Shown: piece by piece, positions 39,456 to 49,027 of the stretch
How positions within the stretch are numbered: the first letter of the stretch is position 1
How the letters are laid out: each line of letters opens with the position of its first letter
Virus record (IMG/VR): IMGVR_UViG_3300042367_000066
Location: 188 to 64,187 of that record
Length of the DNA stretch: 64,000 nucleotides
Reading direction: 5' to 3' (one strand)
Source of the DNA: a virus
Lineage: Duplodnaviria > Caudoviricetes
Program-made: the position numbers and the translations under genes
Notes under the pieces: model-generated
What the model saw: the letters and a program-made list of their open reading frames with translations, nothing else
What the model was told of the DNA's origin: nothing
Databases searched by the model: none

Positions 39456-42400
39456 ATGGAAGAAAATAATTTCGTACCGCCATCTGACGCAGTTGTAACT
39501 AAGTCTAAAAAAAGTAACTTTGTTCCTCCAACAGACGCTATATTAAAAAAAAAAGTAGATTCAAAGCCTCGTTCTCAAGAGGAACTGTGGGGATCAGACT
39601 CACAACCTCAAGATTTGTATACTTCTTTGGCTACAGGCGCACAGGAACCTCAACAGGAATCGGATGGTTTAGGTGGGCCGCCTAGTCCACCTGTAAAGAA
39701 GAAGCCTTCTGTACTATTTCCAGAGACTCCAATGGGACGTCCTGCATCTTCTGTTATGTATGAAACTAAACAGCCTGTACTAGTTGAGTCAACTCCATTT
39801 GAGACAAAACCTAATAAGTACTACAGAATGGTTTCTGACGAGAAGAAGGCGGTTGAGCAACAACTATCTGACCTTGAAGAAAGAAACACTAGACTAGGAA
39901 GAAGACCTGAGGACCTAACTACAGAGGGTACGTACCAGGCACTACAAAAACAGAAGGCTCAACTTGACCAAGAGTTCGAGCCAGCTCAGACAGCTATTAA
40001 GCAAATACAAAGGCAGGCTGCAGAAACTAACCAACCATTTGAAAGAATTGTTTACGGAGCTACAGATGGAAAGTATTCGTACTTCACGACTGATATAATA
40101 AATCTAAATAAAGACGTAGAGGATAAAATTATAGATAGATTTGATGACGCTCCAGAAGAGACTAAAAAAAAGTGGTACAAGGGAGCTCTTCCTGTTGAAG
40201 CCAAGGAGGCAATAATAAATTCAGCAAAGAATGAAGTACTTACTGACAAGTACAATATATTAAAAAAAGATGCAGATAACTACATTAAGAACATAAAGGA
40301 TAATCCAGCTATTCCACTTGAAGAAAAGTTAAAATTTCAGAAGGAGTTTAAAGATAGTAGTGATGCATTTAATTCTCAGATAGCTTTAGATTACTCTGGT
40401 AAATTATTAAAGAATAACTTTAAGATAACAGACGCTAATAAGGGTATGGATGAGGCTATACTTAGCAAGTATAAAGGGTTTATACCAGATACAGTAGATG
40501 TATTATCTACTTTTGTAGAGGGTATGGGTCAGGTTGGTGCTAAGGTAGCAACTGGTATTCCTAGTCTAGCTTTAATTGGAGCTGAAAGATTTAATCAGTT
40601 AACTGGAATATCTAAACCAGATGACTACACAGCGATAGAGGCTACAGAAGACTGGATAAACGACACTACAAATCTTAACTTTCTTCCTAGCTCTCAGACA
40701 AAAAGAGGAAACATTGTAGTTGATGGAGAATTTAATCCGAGTTATTATAGCATGACTAAAACTCTTGCAAAAACACTTCCGTTTACATTAAAGATAATGA
40801 GTGATGTAAAGAAGGGAAGAATAGACGGTACGCCTCAGTCAATGATATCTCAGTTAGTAAATCCAAAGTATAGTAAGGACTTTGCAGATAAGTTAAGGGT
40901 TGTTGAGACTGCGTACAAGGGCACTATTTCAGATAATTATAGAGAAGCTAAAGAGATGGGTATGGACGACTCTAAGTCATTCCTTTACGCCAATACTATG
41001 TCTTTGGCAGAGGGTGTTTCTGAGAATATTATGCCTGACTATAAGTACTTCGACTCTTTAACAGGATCAGCACTAAAGTCTGCGTTCAAGGGTAACTTAA
41101 AACAGGCAGTCACAAAGCAGGCGGCAAAGAATGTAACAAAGGACTTTTTTAAGAATTTTGTTCTAGAGACTGGAGAAGAAGAGGTTATACTAGCAACTGA
41201 GGATGCCCTTAAGTACTCACTACTACTAAACCACAAGAACTCTGAGTTCTTTAACATGAGTAGACAGAAGGAGTTAGTAGCTACAACTGCACTATTATCT
41301 GGAGCCTTGGGTACTGTTTCTACAAATCAAAAGTTTAAACAAAACAAGAAGGACTTATACAATAGCATCCATAGTAATATATACGATCTACAGGACGCTT
41401 TTCTTGATGAGATAGACTCTCCTTTAAACGATCAGAAGGCTAAGGAGGCCCTTATAACTGCATACAAGTTTGCTAATGACGTTTCAGTTGCAGTGTCTAA
41501 CGCTCCAGAGAATGTAACCGCTGATCAGATAGACTTGCTAGTTCAAAAGAAGAACTTAGAGGAGAAGAAGAAGACCATAGATACAGCGTTCCATCCAGAT
41601 ATAAACGAGGAGATTACCGCTATAGACACTAAGATTAGAGAGTTGGCTAAGATTCCAGTTGCAGTAGAGGAAGTAACTCCTGCTGAAGTTGTAGTAGAAG
41701 AACCTGCAGTAGAAGAAGTAAAACCTACTGAAATAAAACCATCAGGGCAGAAGGTAACAGACGTTATAAACAGACCTGCCACGCTTGAGTCACAGGCTGG
41801 TGTCAAGTTAGAGACTCCTATCGAGGGGGACGTGTACCAGGAGGGTCAGAGGGTTATATTCGAGGACAAGAACAAGAAGGTATACGACCTTGGAAATATC
41901 GATGAGATATCTGACAAGACCGTAGAGGAACTAGGAATTAAGCCACAGGAGGAGATGGTAAGCGTCACTCTAGAGGGTAAGGTTAAGGTAGGAGAGAACG
42001 AATGGAACATGCAGTCTGATTTACCTAACTATGGTATCGAGTACGACAAGGATGGGAATGTAAAAGCTATATCACTAAAAGATGACGCTGGAAAGACCGT
42101 CATGTACGAGGGACAGGTTGCAGAGGACGCTGCGTATCAGGTTCTACTAAAGCAGACAGAGACACCAGAACAGAGACAAGCTATAAACGAAATATTAGAA
42201 AACGATGAAGAACTCAATCGACAACTTAGAGAGGCTGAAGAAGCTACCCAAGCAGCAGCAGCTGAAGTTACTGAGCCAGGTGCTCCAAAAACTCAAGCAG
42301 AACAGTACTCCGAAGAGCTAGACAAGACCAAGGAGTCTGATCCAGAGGCCTACTGGTCCGTAAGTCCAGTGTCAGCTGCAGATGCTGCCAAGGGAACCAT

Positions 42401-45400
42401 TATAGACACACCTGATGGTGCCGCTATAGTTAAGCCTGATGGTGACATCGCTGGCCTATTCAAGAAGGCCACATCAAAGGCCAAGGGTGTTGCACAGGAC
42501 CTACTAAAGAGAGCTATAGCTGCTGGAGGTAAGAAGCTGGACAACTTTGACACGTACCTTACGCCACAGTACATTAAGGCTGGATTCAGAGTAGTATCTA
42601 GAACTCCGTTCAATGAGGAGTACGCTCCTCCAGGATGGAACAAGGAACTACACGGAACACCAGATGTTGTTGCCATGGTCTACGACCCAGAGGGTAAGCT
42701 AGATATAGAGGAGAAGACGTTCGACGACTACGACGAGGCTATGGCTTACAGAGACTCTCTCCTTGAGCCTTCAGTTGAAACGGAGCTTGAGGGCCTAGCA
42801 AAACTATTTGATGAGAGTGACAAGGGCTTTAGAATGTCACAGGTTGACAAGGCCAAGGAGGCTCTAAAGGGAATCCTTCCTGGTGTCAAGTTTATTGTTC
42901 ACGAGACTAACGATGCTTATAAGAATGCTACAGGAGAGTCAGGTTCTGGTGGTATGTATATATACAGTGCAGGAGGAGACAAGGTAATCCATATAAACAA
43001 ACAGAAGGCAAACGGTAGGACTGTTGCTCACGAGGTGTTCCACGCTGTGATCCTAGACAAGATAAAGGGCGACAAGGCCGTTCAGGAGATAACCGCACGT
43101 ATGGTTGACGCTGTCTACAAGACTGCAAGTCCAGAGTTAAGGGCTGAGCTGGACGCGTTCGCTGCAAGGTACTCAGACAAGACAATACGTGATGAGGAGA
43201 GACTGGCAGAACTTATCGGTATAATAGCTGACGGGTACCCAAAGATGTCTCCAGCTAACAAGAGTATAGTTAAGAGATGGTTAGACGCGTTGGCTAAGAC
43301 ATTTGGACTTAAGCCGTTCACAGACAACGAGGTTATAGATTTGCTCAACACACTAGCTGGAAAGATATCCACTGGTGAGGTTATTAGTGCGGAGGATGTT
43401 GCTATGTTTGATGAAGAAGGATCTGGTGGATTTGCTGGAGTATTTAAAATATCAAGACAACAAAAGGGAATTGAGGCTCCTAAAGCAAAAGATGATTCTA
43501 GAAGTTTTGTTAAGAATCTTGTTGAGGATGTAGATATTAGAGAATTCAATGGAGAGAAGTTTATTACTAATATGTATGACTATACAAATGCTGGAAAAAC
43601 TGACTTAGGAAATGGATTTGAAATAAATCTTTTTGGAGGCAAAGGATATGTTCCATATATGATGGAATTAAATAATAAAAAGATAGGTGATGTTTCTAAT
43701 CTAGCTGCATTTAACACTCAAGCTCAAGCAGAAACATTTATTAGAAACGCTGAAAAATCAGGCGCTAAATTATTTGCACCACACTCTGGAACAAAAGATC
43801 AGTCTTGGCAATTTCAACAACATACATTTGCAGAACTTGTTAATGTAGCTTTAGATAAGAATATACTTACAAATAAAGAATTGATAGATACGTTTAATAA
43901 TTCAATAAAAGGTAGTAAGGCTCTTAAAGAAACTTTTTCTAAATTTTCAGATAGATATGGTAAAAAAATAAAAGATTTTAGTTCTTTTAAATCAGATCCT
44001 AAAAAAATAGTAGATCTATTAGATATTAAAAATAATCTTTCTCCAGACTTAAGAAAGGCACTTAATAATAGCATAGCATCAAATAAGAAATTTCAAGAAG
44101 CTATAGGTATTAAAAATAAAGAACAGTTTTTTAATAAAATAATGGACCCTTTAAATAACGGTGTTACTGGTGGAGAAATTATGGGTGTAGTAAAATTTGA
44201 TCCTAATACATTTGAAGTAGTTGAAACAAAACCAGATGCAATAGATCATCATCCATCTTTTGGATATACATTGTTAGCTAAGATAAATGGTATATATCAA
44301 CCAACTGAGTTTTATAAATCATATGATGTTACTGAGTCTTATACTAAATATAATACTAATGAAACAAAGGTATCTATAAAATCAGAAGACATTAAGTTTA
44401 ATGAAAAAAATGTAACTAGTAGTGCAGGAGCAATTCCAAAAGTAGCTGAGTTTAAAATAAAACGCTCACAGGAAGTAACTAAAAAACTACAGCAGACTAA
44501 TGACATTAACGAGATTGTTAGAATAGCCAAGGAGGCCAAGTACTCTGACGCTGCTATATCCACATTCCTTAAGGCTAAGGGGTTCTCTGATGCAGAGATA
44601 ACTAGTGCGCTTGCTACTGATAGACCATCTGTAAATAAGATATACGAGGACAGTAAGAAGGCTATAGATGACAAGAAAAAAAGAGTATCTATAAAGGACC
44701 TTACTCCGTTCCTCAGGAAGTCACTTCTTGACAGACAGGCTTACATAAAGAGAGTAATAAACAGGATAGATAACAAGTCTGCTAAGAAGACTTATGACTT
44801 ACTTGTAACAAAGGCTGGGGCGTCTGCACTTGCATCTGAAAGATTTAAGCGTGCAGAGAAGAAGATATACGGAGGACTAAGCTCTGAAGATGTGAGCACA
44901 CTTGACAAGATTATATATGCCAAGAGGATGGTTGCAGTTAACGAGAGCAGAGCAAAGCTGGGTCTTGAACCATACAAGGGTATGGACGGGTACTCGATAG
45001 ATGATGCCAATAGAGATCTTGCAGACTTTAAGAACTCACTAGGTGATAAGAAATTCAATGATCTGAGTAACAGAGCTACGGAATACTTTGATGTGTTTAA
45101 GTTAAACCTTAAGAAGTTGTACGAGTCTGGTAGGATCAGTGAGGAGACCTATGAGTCTCTAAAGGATACCGAGTACTCTCCAATAAAGACCATCAAGTAC
45201 ATCATAGGTGACAACCTAAGCGTTGATGAGATAGACACCCAGGCAAAGTCCTTGGGTATATCTAGAAACGATATAATGAAGTTGTCTGATAACAATGAGA
45301 ACGAAATAATATTGGACTCTAAGTGGCTTCTTGCTATGAGTATAAATAGCGTAGAGGGTAGAGCATTTGAGAACAACATGCTGAGAGAGTTTGACAAGGC

Positions 45401-47453
45401 CATAAAGGAAGCAACTCCAGAAGAGAAGAATGCATTTGAGGATATAATACTTGACAACCCAGTTGTAGGAACCAAGAAGGACGGTGGTTTGAAGTATAAG
45501 TACGACGACACTAGGTTGCCAGTTGGATACACTAAGGTGTCATACTTCAATGATGGGAACAAGGTGGAGATTGTACTTAAGGATCAGTACGCAAAGCAAC
45601 TCCTTGACGTAAAGAACAAGAACAAGGCACTAGAGACACTAGGTAAACTAACTGGAACTAAGATACTTAGGTTCTTTGCTACTGGTGGTAACCCGTTGTT
45701 TATTATTGGTAACACGGCTGTCGATTTCCAGAACATCGCGTTCTTCTCTGACGTTTACTCTAAGTTCAAGCCTATGGCCACAGCTCAGTTAGCCAGAGAC
45801 TATACCAAGAACTTTGTAAAGAAACTGTTTGTCTCTAACGAGTACAACAAGGTATTTAACGAGTACATAAACCACGGTGGTGCTTTAGACTATATGGCTA
45901 GTGATGGTCTTAGATCTCTAGAGTCAATGAACCCAGTTAAGGGTGTTACAAAGGCAGTTCAGAAGGGACTTGTTGCGTACGGAAGGGCTATGTCATTACT
46001 TGGTGAGACATCAGAGGTTGCGTTCAGACTTTCTGTTTTCCAGAAGGTTAAGGAGGACTCTATTAAAGAGTTTAATAAAGAGAACAACAGAGAGCCAAAC
46101 GCGCAGGAGCTTGATGACATCATGTGGAATGCTGGAAGACAGTCTAGAGAGACTATGGACTTTAGCCAGGGAGGCGATGTGGCCAAGAACATAGACGCTG
46201 TGTTCCCTTACTTTAACGCCGCACTTCAGGGTATAAGAAGACCAATAGACTTCGCTAAGAATGATCCTGTTGGGTTCTCAAGCAGCGTGCTTCAGTACAC
46301 GGTTATGGCCTCAAGTTTAGCAGCTGGTTCGTTCGCAATGCTTATAAATGCAGTAGGTGGTGATGATGACGAGGACAGAGCTAAAAAGATAATGGACGCT
46401 ATGAACTCTTTGAGTGAGTACGAGAAGGCCAACTATCACATCATGTTCACTGGTGAGAAAAATAAGGATGGTGAGTACGAGTACTATAGAGTTAAAAAAC
46501 TTCCAGTACTATCTGTTATCAGTACAGTTGCAGAGCAGTTAATATATAAGGAGTTCTTTAATTCTAAGGGTATAGATTACGACATGGACTCTAAGGTTAT
46601 GCTAGAGGCAGTCAACAAATCAAATCCTTTACCAGTAACTGTTCAGGAGGTAGCTGGTAAGAACCCTGTAGCGTCTGGTCTTGTTAGCTACTGGGCAAAC
46701 AAGGACACGTTCACTGGAGATAAGATCTTCAGAGAGCCTGACAACAAAAAAATATTACCAGAGGCAGAGGGGATGTTTGATGACAGAGTTGATCAGATAT
46801 ACAAGGACCTGGCTCCTGGATTTGGATTGTCACCAGCCAGAACTAAGGTTATGGTAGAGAAGGTTATAACAAGCGCGAACACTAACCCTACAATTCCTTT
46901 GATATACTCTGCGTACGATGGACTGTTCAATAAGAGTGACGGACTAGGTTCTGAGGTTAAGGAGGCTATGTCAGGTGTCGGTGATGCCTTCGGAAAGAAG
47001 GTTGTAAGGTATACTGACAAGAAAATCATAAGGTACAAGGATCAAGATGAGAAAGAGTACCAAGAGAGCTTACTAGAGACTAAGGTATGGAATAGCGAGC
47101 AGAAGGTGTACAACGAGATAAAGAAGAAGTACGATGGAGGAGGTAATCTAACAAAGAAGGAACTTATTGATCTTGTAAAAGAAAACTTCGAGCCTATGGA
47201 CTATATGAAGTATGCTAAAAAATATAACGCATACATACACAATATGAACATAGACAAGTCTGTTTTAGACATTATATTCGAAGATGTTCCAGAGGTTCAG
47301 GCCATGAAGTTAAATCAGAGGTACGGACCTAACTTAGAGGGTGAAGAGTTGAAGGAGTTGGGAAGAGCCATGAACTCAGCTGGTAAGAGGATAAATAATA
47401 AGTCTATCTATATATACAATAAAAAATATAAGAACAGAAATAAAGCCCAGTAA
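39456..47453 (+). CDS. Giant polyvalent ejection protein (2665 aa) with GNAT-like, zincin HExxH and LPD38-like regions
   Basis: DGDIAGLF...GGKKLDNFD..L...Y...GFRVV; TVAHEVFHAV...EE.LAE; DFSQGG...PYFNAALQG. Confidence 0.75.
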   Translation: MEENNFVPPSDAVVTKSKKSNFVPPTDAILKKKVDSKPRSQEELWGSDSQPQDLYTSLATGAQEPQQESDGLGGPPSPPVKKKPSVLFPETPMGRPASSVMYETKQPVLVESTPFETKPNKYYRMVSDEKKAVEQQLSDLEERNTRLGRRPEDLTTEGTYQALQKQKAQLDQEFEPAQTAIKQIQRQAAETNQPFERIVYGATDGKYSYFTTDIINLNKDVEDKIIDRFDDAPEETKKKWYKGALPVEAKEAIINSAKNEVLTDKYNILKKDADNYIKNIKDNPAIPLEEKLKFQKEFKDSSDAFNSQIALDYSGKLLKNNFKITDANKGMDEAILSKYKGFIPDTVDVLSTFVEGMGQVGAKVATGIPSLALIGAERFNQLTGISKPDDYTAIEATEDWINDTTNLNFLPSSQTKRGNIVVDGEFNPSYYSMTKTLAKTLPFTLKIMSDVKKGRIDGTPQSMISQLVNPKYSKDFADKLRVVETAYKGTISDNYREAKEMGMDDSKSFLYANTMSLAEGVSENIMPDYKYFDSLTGSALKSAFKGNLKQAVTKQAAKNVTKDFFKNFVLETGEEEVILATEDALKYSLLLNHKNSEFFNMSRQKELVATTALLSGALGTVSTNQKFKQNKKDLYNSIHSNIYDLQDAFLDEIDSPLNDQKAKEALITAYKFANDVSVAVSNAPENVTADQIDLLVQKKNLEEKKKTIDTAFHPDINEEITAIDTKIRELAKIPVAVEEVTPAEVVVEEPAVEEVKPTEIKPSGQKVTDVINRPATLESQAGVKLETPIEGDVYQEGQRVIFEDKNKKVYDLGNIDEISDKTVEELGIKPQEEMVSVTLEGKVKVGENEWNMQSDLPNYGIEYDKDGNVKAISLKDDAGKTVMYEGQVAEDAAYQVLLKQTETPEQRQAINEILENDEELNRQLREAEEATQAAAAEVTEPGAPKTQAEQYSEELDKTKESDPEAYWSVSPVSAADAAKGTIIDTPDGAAIVKPDGDIAGLFKKATSKAKGVAQDLLKRAIAAGGKKLDNFDTYLTPQYIKAGFRVVSRTPFNEEYAPPGWNKELHGTPDVVAMVYDPEGKLDIEEKTFDDYDEAMAYRDSLLEPSVETELEGLAKLFDESDKGFRMSQVDKAKEALKGILPGVKFIVHETNDAYKNATGESGSGGMYIYSAGGDKVIHINKQKANGRTVAHEVFHAVILDKIKGDKAVQEITARMVDAVYKTASPELRAELDAFAARYSDKTIRDEERLAELIGIIADGYPKMSPANKSIVKRWLDALAKTFGLKPFTDNEVIDLLNTLAGKISTGEVISAEDVAMFDEEGSGGFAGVFKISRQQKGIEAPKAKDDSRSFVKNLVEDVDIREFNGEKFITNMYDYTNAGKTDLGNGFEINLFGGKGYVPYMMELNNKKIGDVSNLAAFNTQAQAETFIRNAEKSGAKLFAPHSGTKDQSWQFQQHTFAELVNVALDKNILTNKELIDTFNNSIKGSKALKETFSKFSDRYGKKIKDFSSFKSDPKKIVDLLDIKNNLSPDLRKALNNSIASNKKFQEAIGIKNKEQFFNKIMDPLNNGVTGGEIMGVVKFDPNTFEVVETKPDAIDHHPSFGYTLLAKINGIYQPTEFYKSYDVTESYTKYNTNETKVSIKSEDIKFNEKNVTSSAGAIPKVAEFKIKRSQEVTKKLQQTNDINEIVRIAKEAKYSDAAISTFLKAKGFSDAEITSALATDRPSVNKIYEDSKKAIDDKKKRVSIKDLTPFLRKSLLDRQAYIKRVINRIDNKSAKKTYDLLVTKAGASALASERFKRAEKKIYGGLSSEDVSTLDKIIYAKRMVAVNESRAKLGLEPYKGMDGYSIDDANRDLADFKNSLGDKKFNDLSNRATEYFDVFKLNLKKLYESGRISEETYESLKDTEYSPIKTIKYIIGDNLSVDEIDTQAKSLGISRNDIMKLSDNNENEIILDSKWLLAMSINSVEGRAFENNMLREFDKAIKEATPEEKNAFEDIILDNPVVGTKKDGGLKYKYDDTRLPVGYTKVSYFNDGNKVEIVLKDQYAKQLLDVKNKNKALETLGKLTGTKILRFFATGGNPLFIIGNTAVDFQNIAFFSDVYSKFKPMATAQLARDYTKNFVKKLFVSNEYNKVFNEYINHGGALDYMASDGLRSLESMNPVKGVTKAVQKGLVAYGRAMSLLGETSEVAFRLSVFQKVKEDSIKEFNKENNREPNAQELDDIMWNAGRQSRETMDFSQGGDVAKNIDAVFPYFNAALQGIRRPIDFAKNDPVGFSSSVLQYTVMASSLAAGSFAMLINAVGGDDDEDRAKKIMDAMNSLSEYEKANYHIMFTGEKNKDGEYEYYRVKKLPVLSVISTVAEQLIYKEFFNSKGIDYDMDSKVMLEAVNKSNPLPVTVQEVAGKNPVASGLVSYWANKDTFTGDKIFREPDNKKILPEAEGMFDDRVDQIYKDLAPGFGLSPARTKVMVEKVITSANTNPTIPLIYSAYDGLFNKSDGLGSEVKEAMSGVGDAFGKKVVRYTDKKIIRYKDQDEKEYQESLLETKVWNSEQKVYNEIKKKYDGGGNLTKKELIDLVKENFEPMDYMKYAKKYNAYIHNMNIDKSVLDIIFEDVPEVQAMKLNQRYGPNLEGEELKELGRAMNSAGKRINNKSIYIYNKKYKNRNKAQ

Positions 47454-47464
47454 CCCTGGGCTTA
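47442..47464. terminator. Hairpin at convergence of the two arms (probable bidirectional terminator)
   Basis: AAGCCCAG-TAACC-CTGGGCTT. Confidence 0.6.
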
Positions 47465-47470
47465 ATGTCT

Positions 47471-47746
47471 TTAAAGTGGTGTCTTGCTTGAGATCTCGTA
47501 CTTCGCTGGATCTATTATCAGCTTCAGAAGGATGAACAGCTGCTCTGCCTCAGAGTAGTCAATCCTGCCCTTCTCGTTGAACCTGACAACAAGTCCGTTG
47601 CCGTCGTCTTCAATCTTTAGTGCCACCTCTCCCCTCACGTGGTCAGACCACTGTGAGGCGTAGCTCCTGCTTAGTGTGTGCACGTTGTCGTTTACTACCT
47701 CGTAGTCGTAGTCGTAGTTATCATCTACAAATATCTGCTTTTTCAT
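47471..47746 (-). CDS. Hypothetical protein
   Basis: ORF in tight - strand operon. Confidence 0.65.
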   Translation of the reverse strand: MKKQIFVDDNYDYDYEVVNDNVHTLSRSYASQWSDHVRGEVALKIEDDGNGLVVRFNEKGRIDYSEAEQLFILLKLIIDPAKYEISSKTPL

Positions 47747-48077
47747 ATAATTCGTATATTGAGTTTGTTGTTTTGAATTTAATATAATCTTCTCTTTGTT
47801 CTATAATCTCTTTTATGTCTGTAGTCTGCCAGGTAAAGAACTGACTGAATGGAGACATCAGTAGGCTTCTTCCTACAGCTATGTCCTTGTGCTTTGCTTT
47901 GAACTTTCCGTTCTCATCAAACTCTAGCCACATAACATCCTTGGATTGTTTTGTTAGGCCGTCTTCTCGAACTAGCTTGTAGTTATGTACAAAGATCTCT
48001 TCAAACCTCTTGTCTAGTTCTAAATTACCATCCTCATTCTGAGTTAGTAACACCTTTGGTTGCGCTCCTCCTATCAT
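47721..48077 (-). CDS. Conserved hypothetical protein
   Basis: GRSLLMSPF...FTWQTT.I.EI......KFKT.NS.YEL. Confidence 0.65.
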   Translation of the reverse strand: MIGGAQPKVLLTQNEDGNLELDKRFEEIFVHNYKLVREDGLTKQSKDVMWLEFDENGKFKAKHKDIAVGRSLLMSPFSQFFTWQTTDIKEIIEQREDYIKFKTTNSIYELYEKADICR

Positions 48078-48373
48078 TTCCCAAAGTATTTAAAGTGGTT
48101 AAGACAAGCAAAGAATGTTTCTAGTTCGTCTGTATGTAGCTCAATTCTTTTATTCTCCCACCTTCCTTTACTTACTTCACTTTCGAAACTTACATCATAG
48201 CCCTCTCCATTTGCCCACTGAGTTAGTTTGCAGAAGGACTTTTTCATTCCATCAATCTCGTACTCAACGGTCTTTCCTTCTCCAAATAGCTTTGGCATGT
48301 AGTACTCTTCCTCTATGGCCTCTTCATTTTGTTTTATAAGAAACCTACCGATCTTACTTAATAATTTTTTCAT
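48074..48373 (-). CDS. Hypothetical protein
   Basis: ATGA overlaps; W.NGEGYDV motif. Confidence 0.65.
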   Translation of the reverse strand: MKKLLSKIGRFLIKQNEEAIEEEYYMPKLFGEGKTVEYEIDGMKKSFCKLTQWANGEGYDVSFESEVSKGRWENKRIELHTDELETFFACLNHFKYFGK

Positions 48374-48612
48374 TCTATCAGTTTATCAATGTTAATGTTG
48401 TGTTCCTCAAGTATCTCTCCAATTCCATTAGCCATGAACTGGATGCCGTCAAATATGTCAGCGGTGTTATAGGCTATGTTCTCGCACTGTCTCTCTACCT
48501 TCTTACGAAGTTGTAGTATGTCAAACAATGCACAGGCCATATCAAATGACTTTATAGATCTGTAGAACTCCATCTGTTGTTCTGGTAGTTTAAACTCTAG
48601 CTTTGCTTTCAT
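48370..48612 (-). CDS. Hypothetical protein
   Basis: MKA.LEF.LPE pattern; overlaps. Confidence 0.65.
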   Translation of the reverse strand: MKAKLEFKLPEQQMEFYRSIKSFDMACALFDILQLRKKVERQCENIAYNTADIFDGIQFMANGIGEILEEHNINIDKLIE

Positions 48613-48758
48613 CTTATTTTTTTAAATTGAACTAATCCGTCATTTGATGTTCTTTTTAGGATAATTCCACTTAGTTCACCTGTACTATAAGTTAAATCTT
48701 GTATGTGCTCCCAGTTACCCCATTTTCTATTCCACCACTTTTTAATTGAATCTTTCAT
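48609..48758 (-). CDS. Small hypothetical protein
   Basis: Re-started at MKDSIKKWW; AT-rich. Confidence 0.5.
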   Translation of the reverse strand: MKDSIKKWWNRKWGNWEHIQDLTYSTGELSGIILKRTSNDGLVQFKKIR

Positions 48759-48759
48759 C

Positions 48760-48939
48760 TTATTTCTTTTTAAATTGTTCAAACCATTCTTCAAATGTTA
48801 CGCTATTGATATTAAAACCATTAGTGAAACCACTTTGAAAAGCATCTTTTAAATCTTCCTCACTATAACTTCTTTCTTGCTCAGGTCCACAATCACAAGT
48901 TGTAGTATGACCACAATAACATTTTATCAAATCTTTCAT
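48760..48939 (-). CDS. Small Cys/His-containing protein (59 aa)
   Basis: MKDLIKCYCGHTTTCDC...YSEED...FEEWFEQFKKK; below track cutoff. Confidence 0.6.
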   Translation of the reverse strand: MKDLIKCYCGHTTTCDCGPEQERSYSEEDLKDAFQSGFTNGFNINSVTFEEWFEQFKKK

Positions 48940-49027
48940 TCTCCTTGTCCTTTTTTAATTAAATAATACCATAGCCAAATCAACTTCGACCTTATAAACT
49001 CGTATGCCATTAGAACTAGTAGATACT

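Noticed and set aside
2189-47038. Many 60-140 aa antisense or alternate-frame ORFs inside long + strand genes (and + ORFs inside - arm genes)
   Set aside because: Shadow ORFs caused by codon bias; no start context or recognisable motifs
39456-47453. crAss-type virion RNA polymerase
   Set aside because: No DxDxD catalytic motif in RNAP context seen; motifs fit a polyvalent ejection protein
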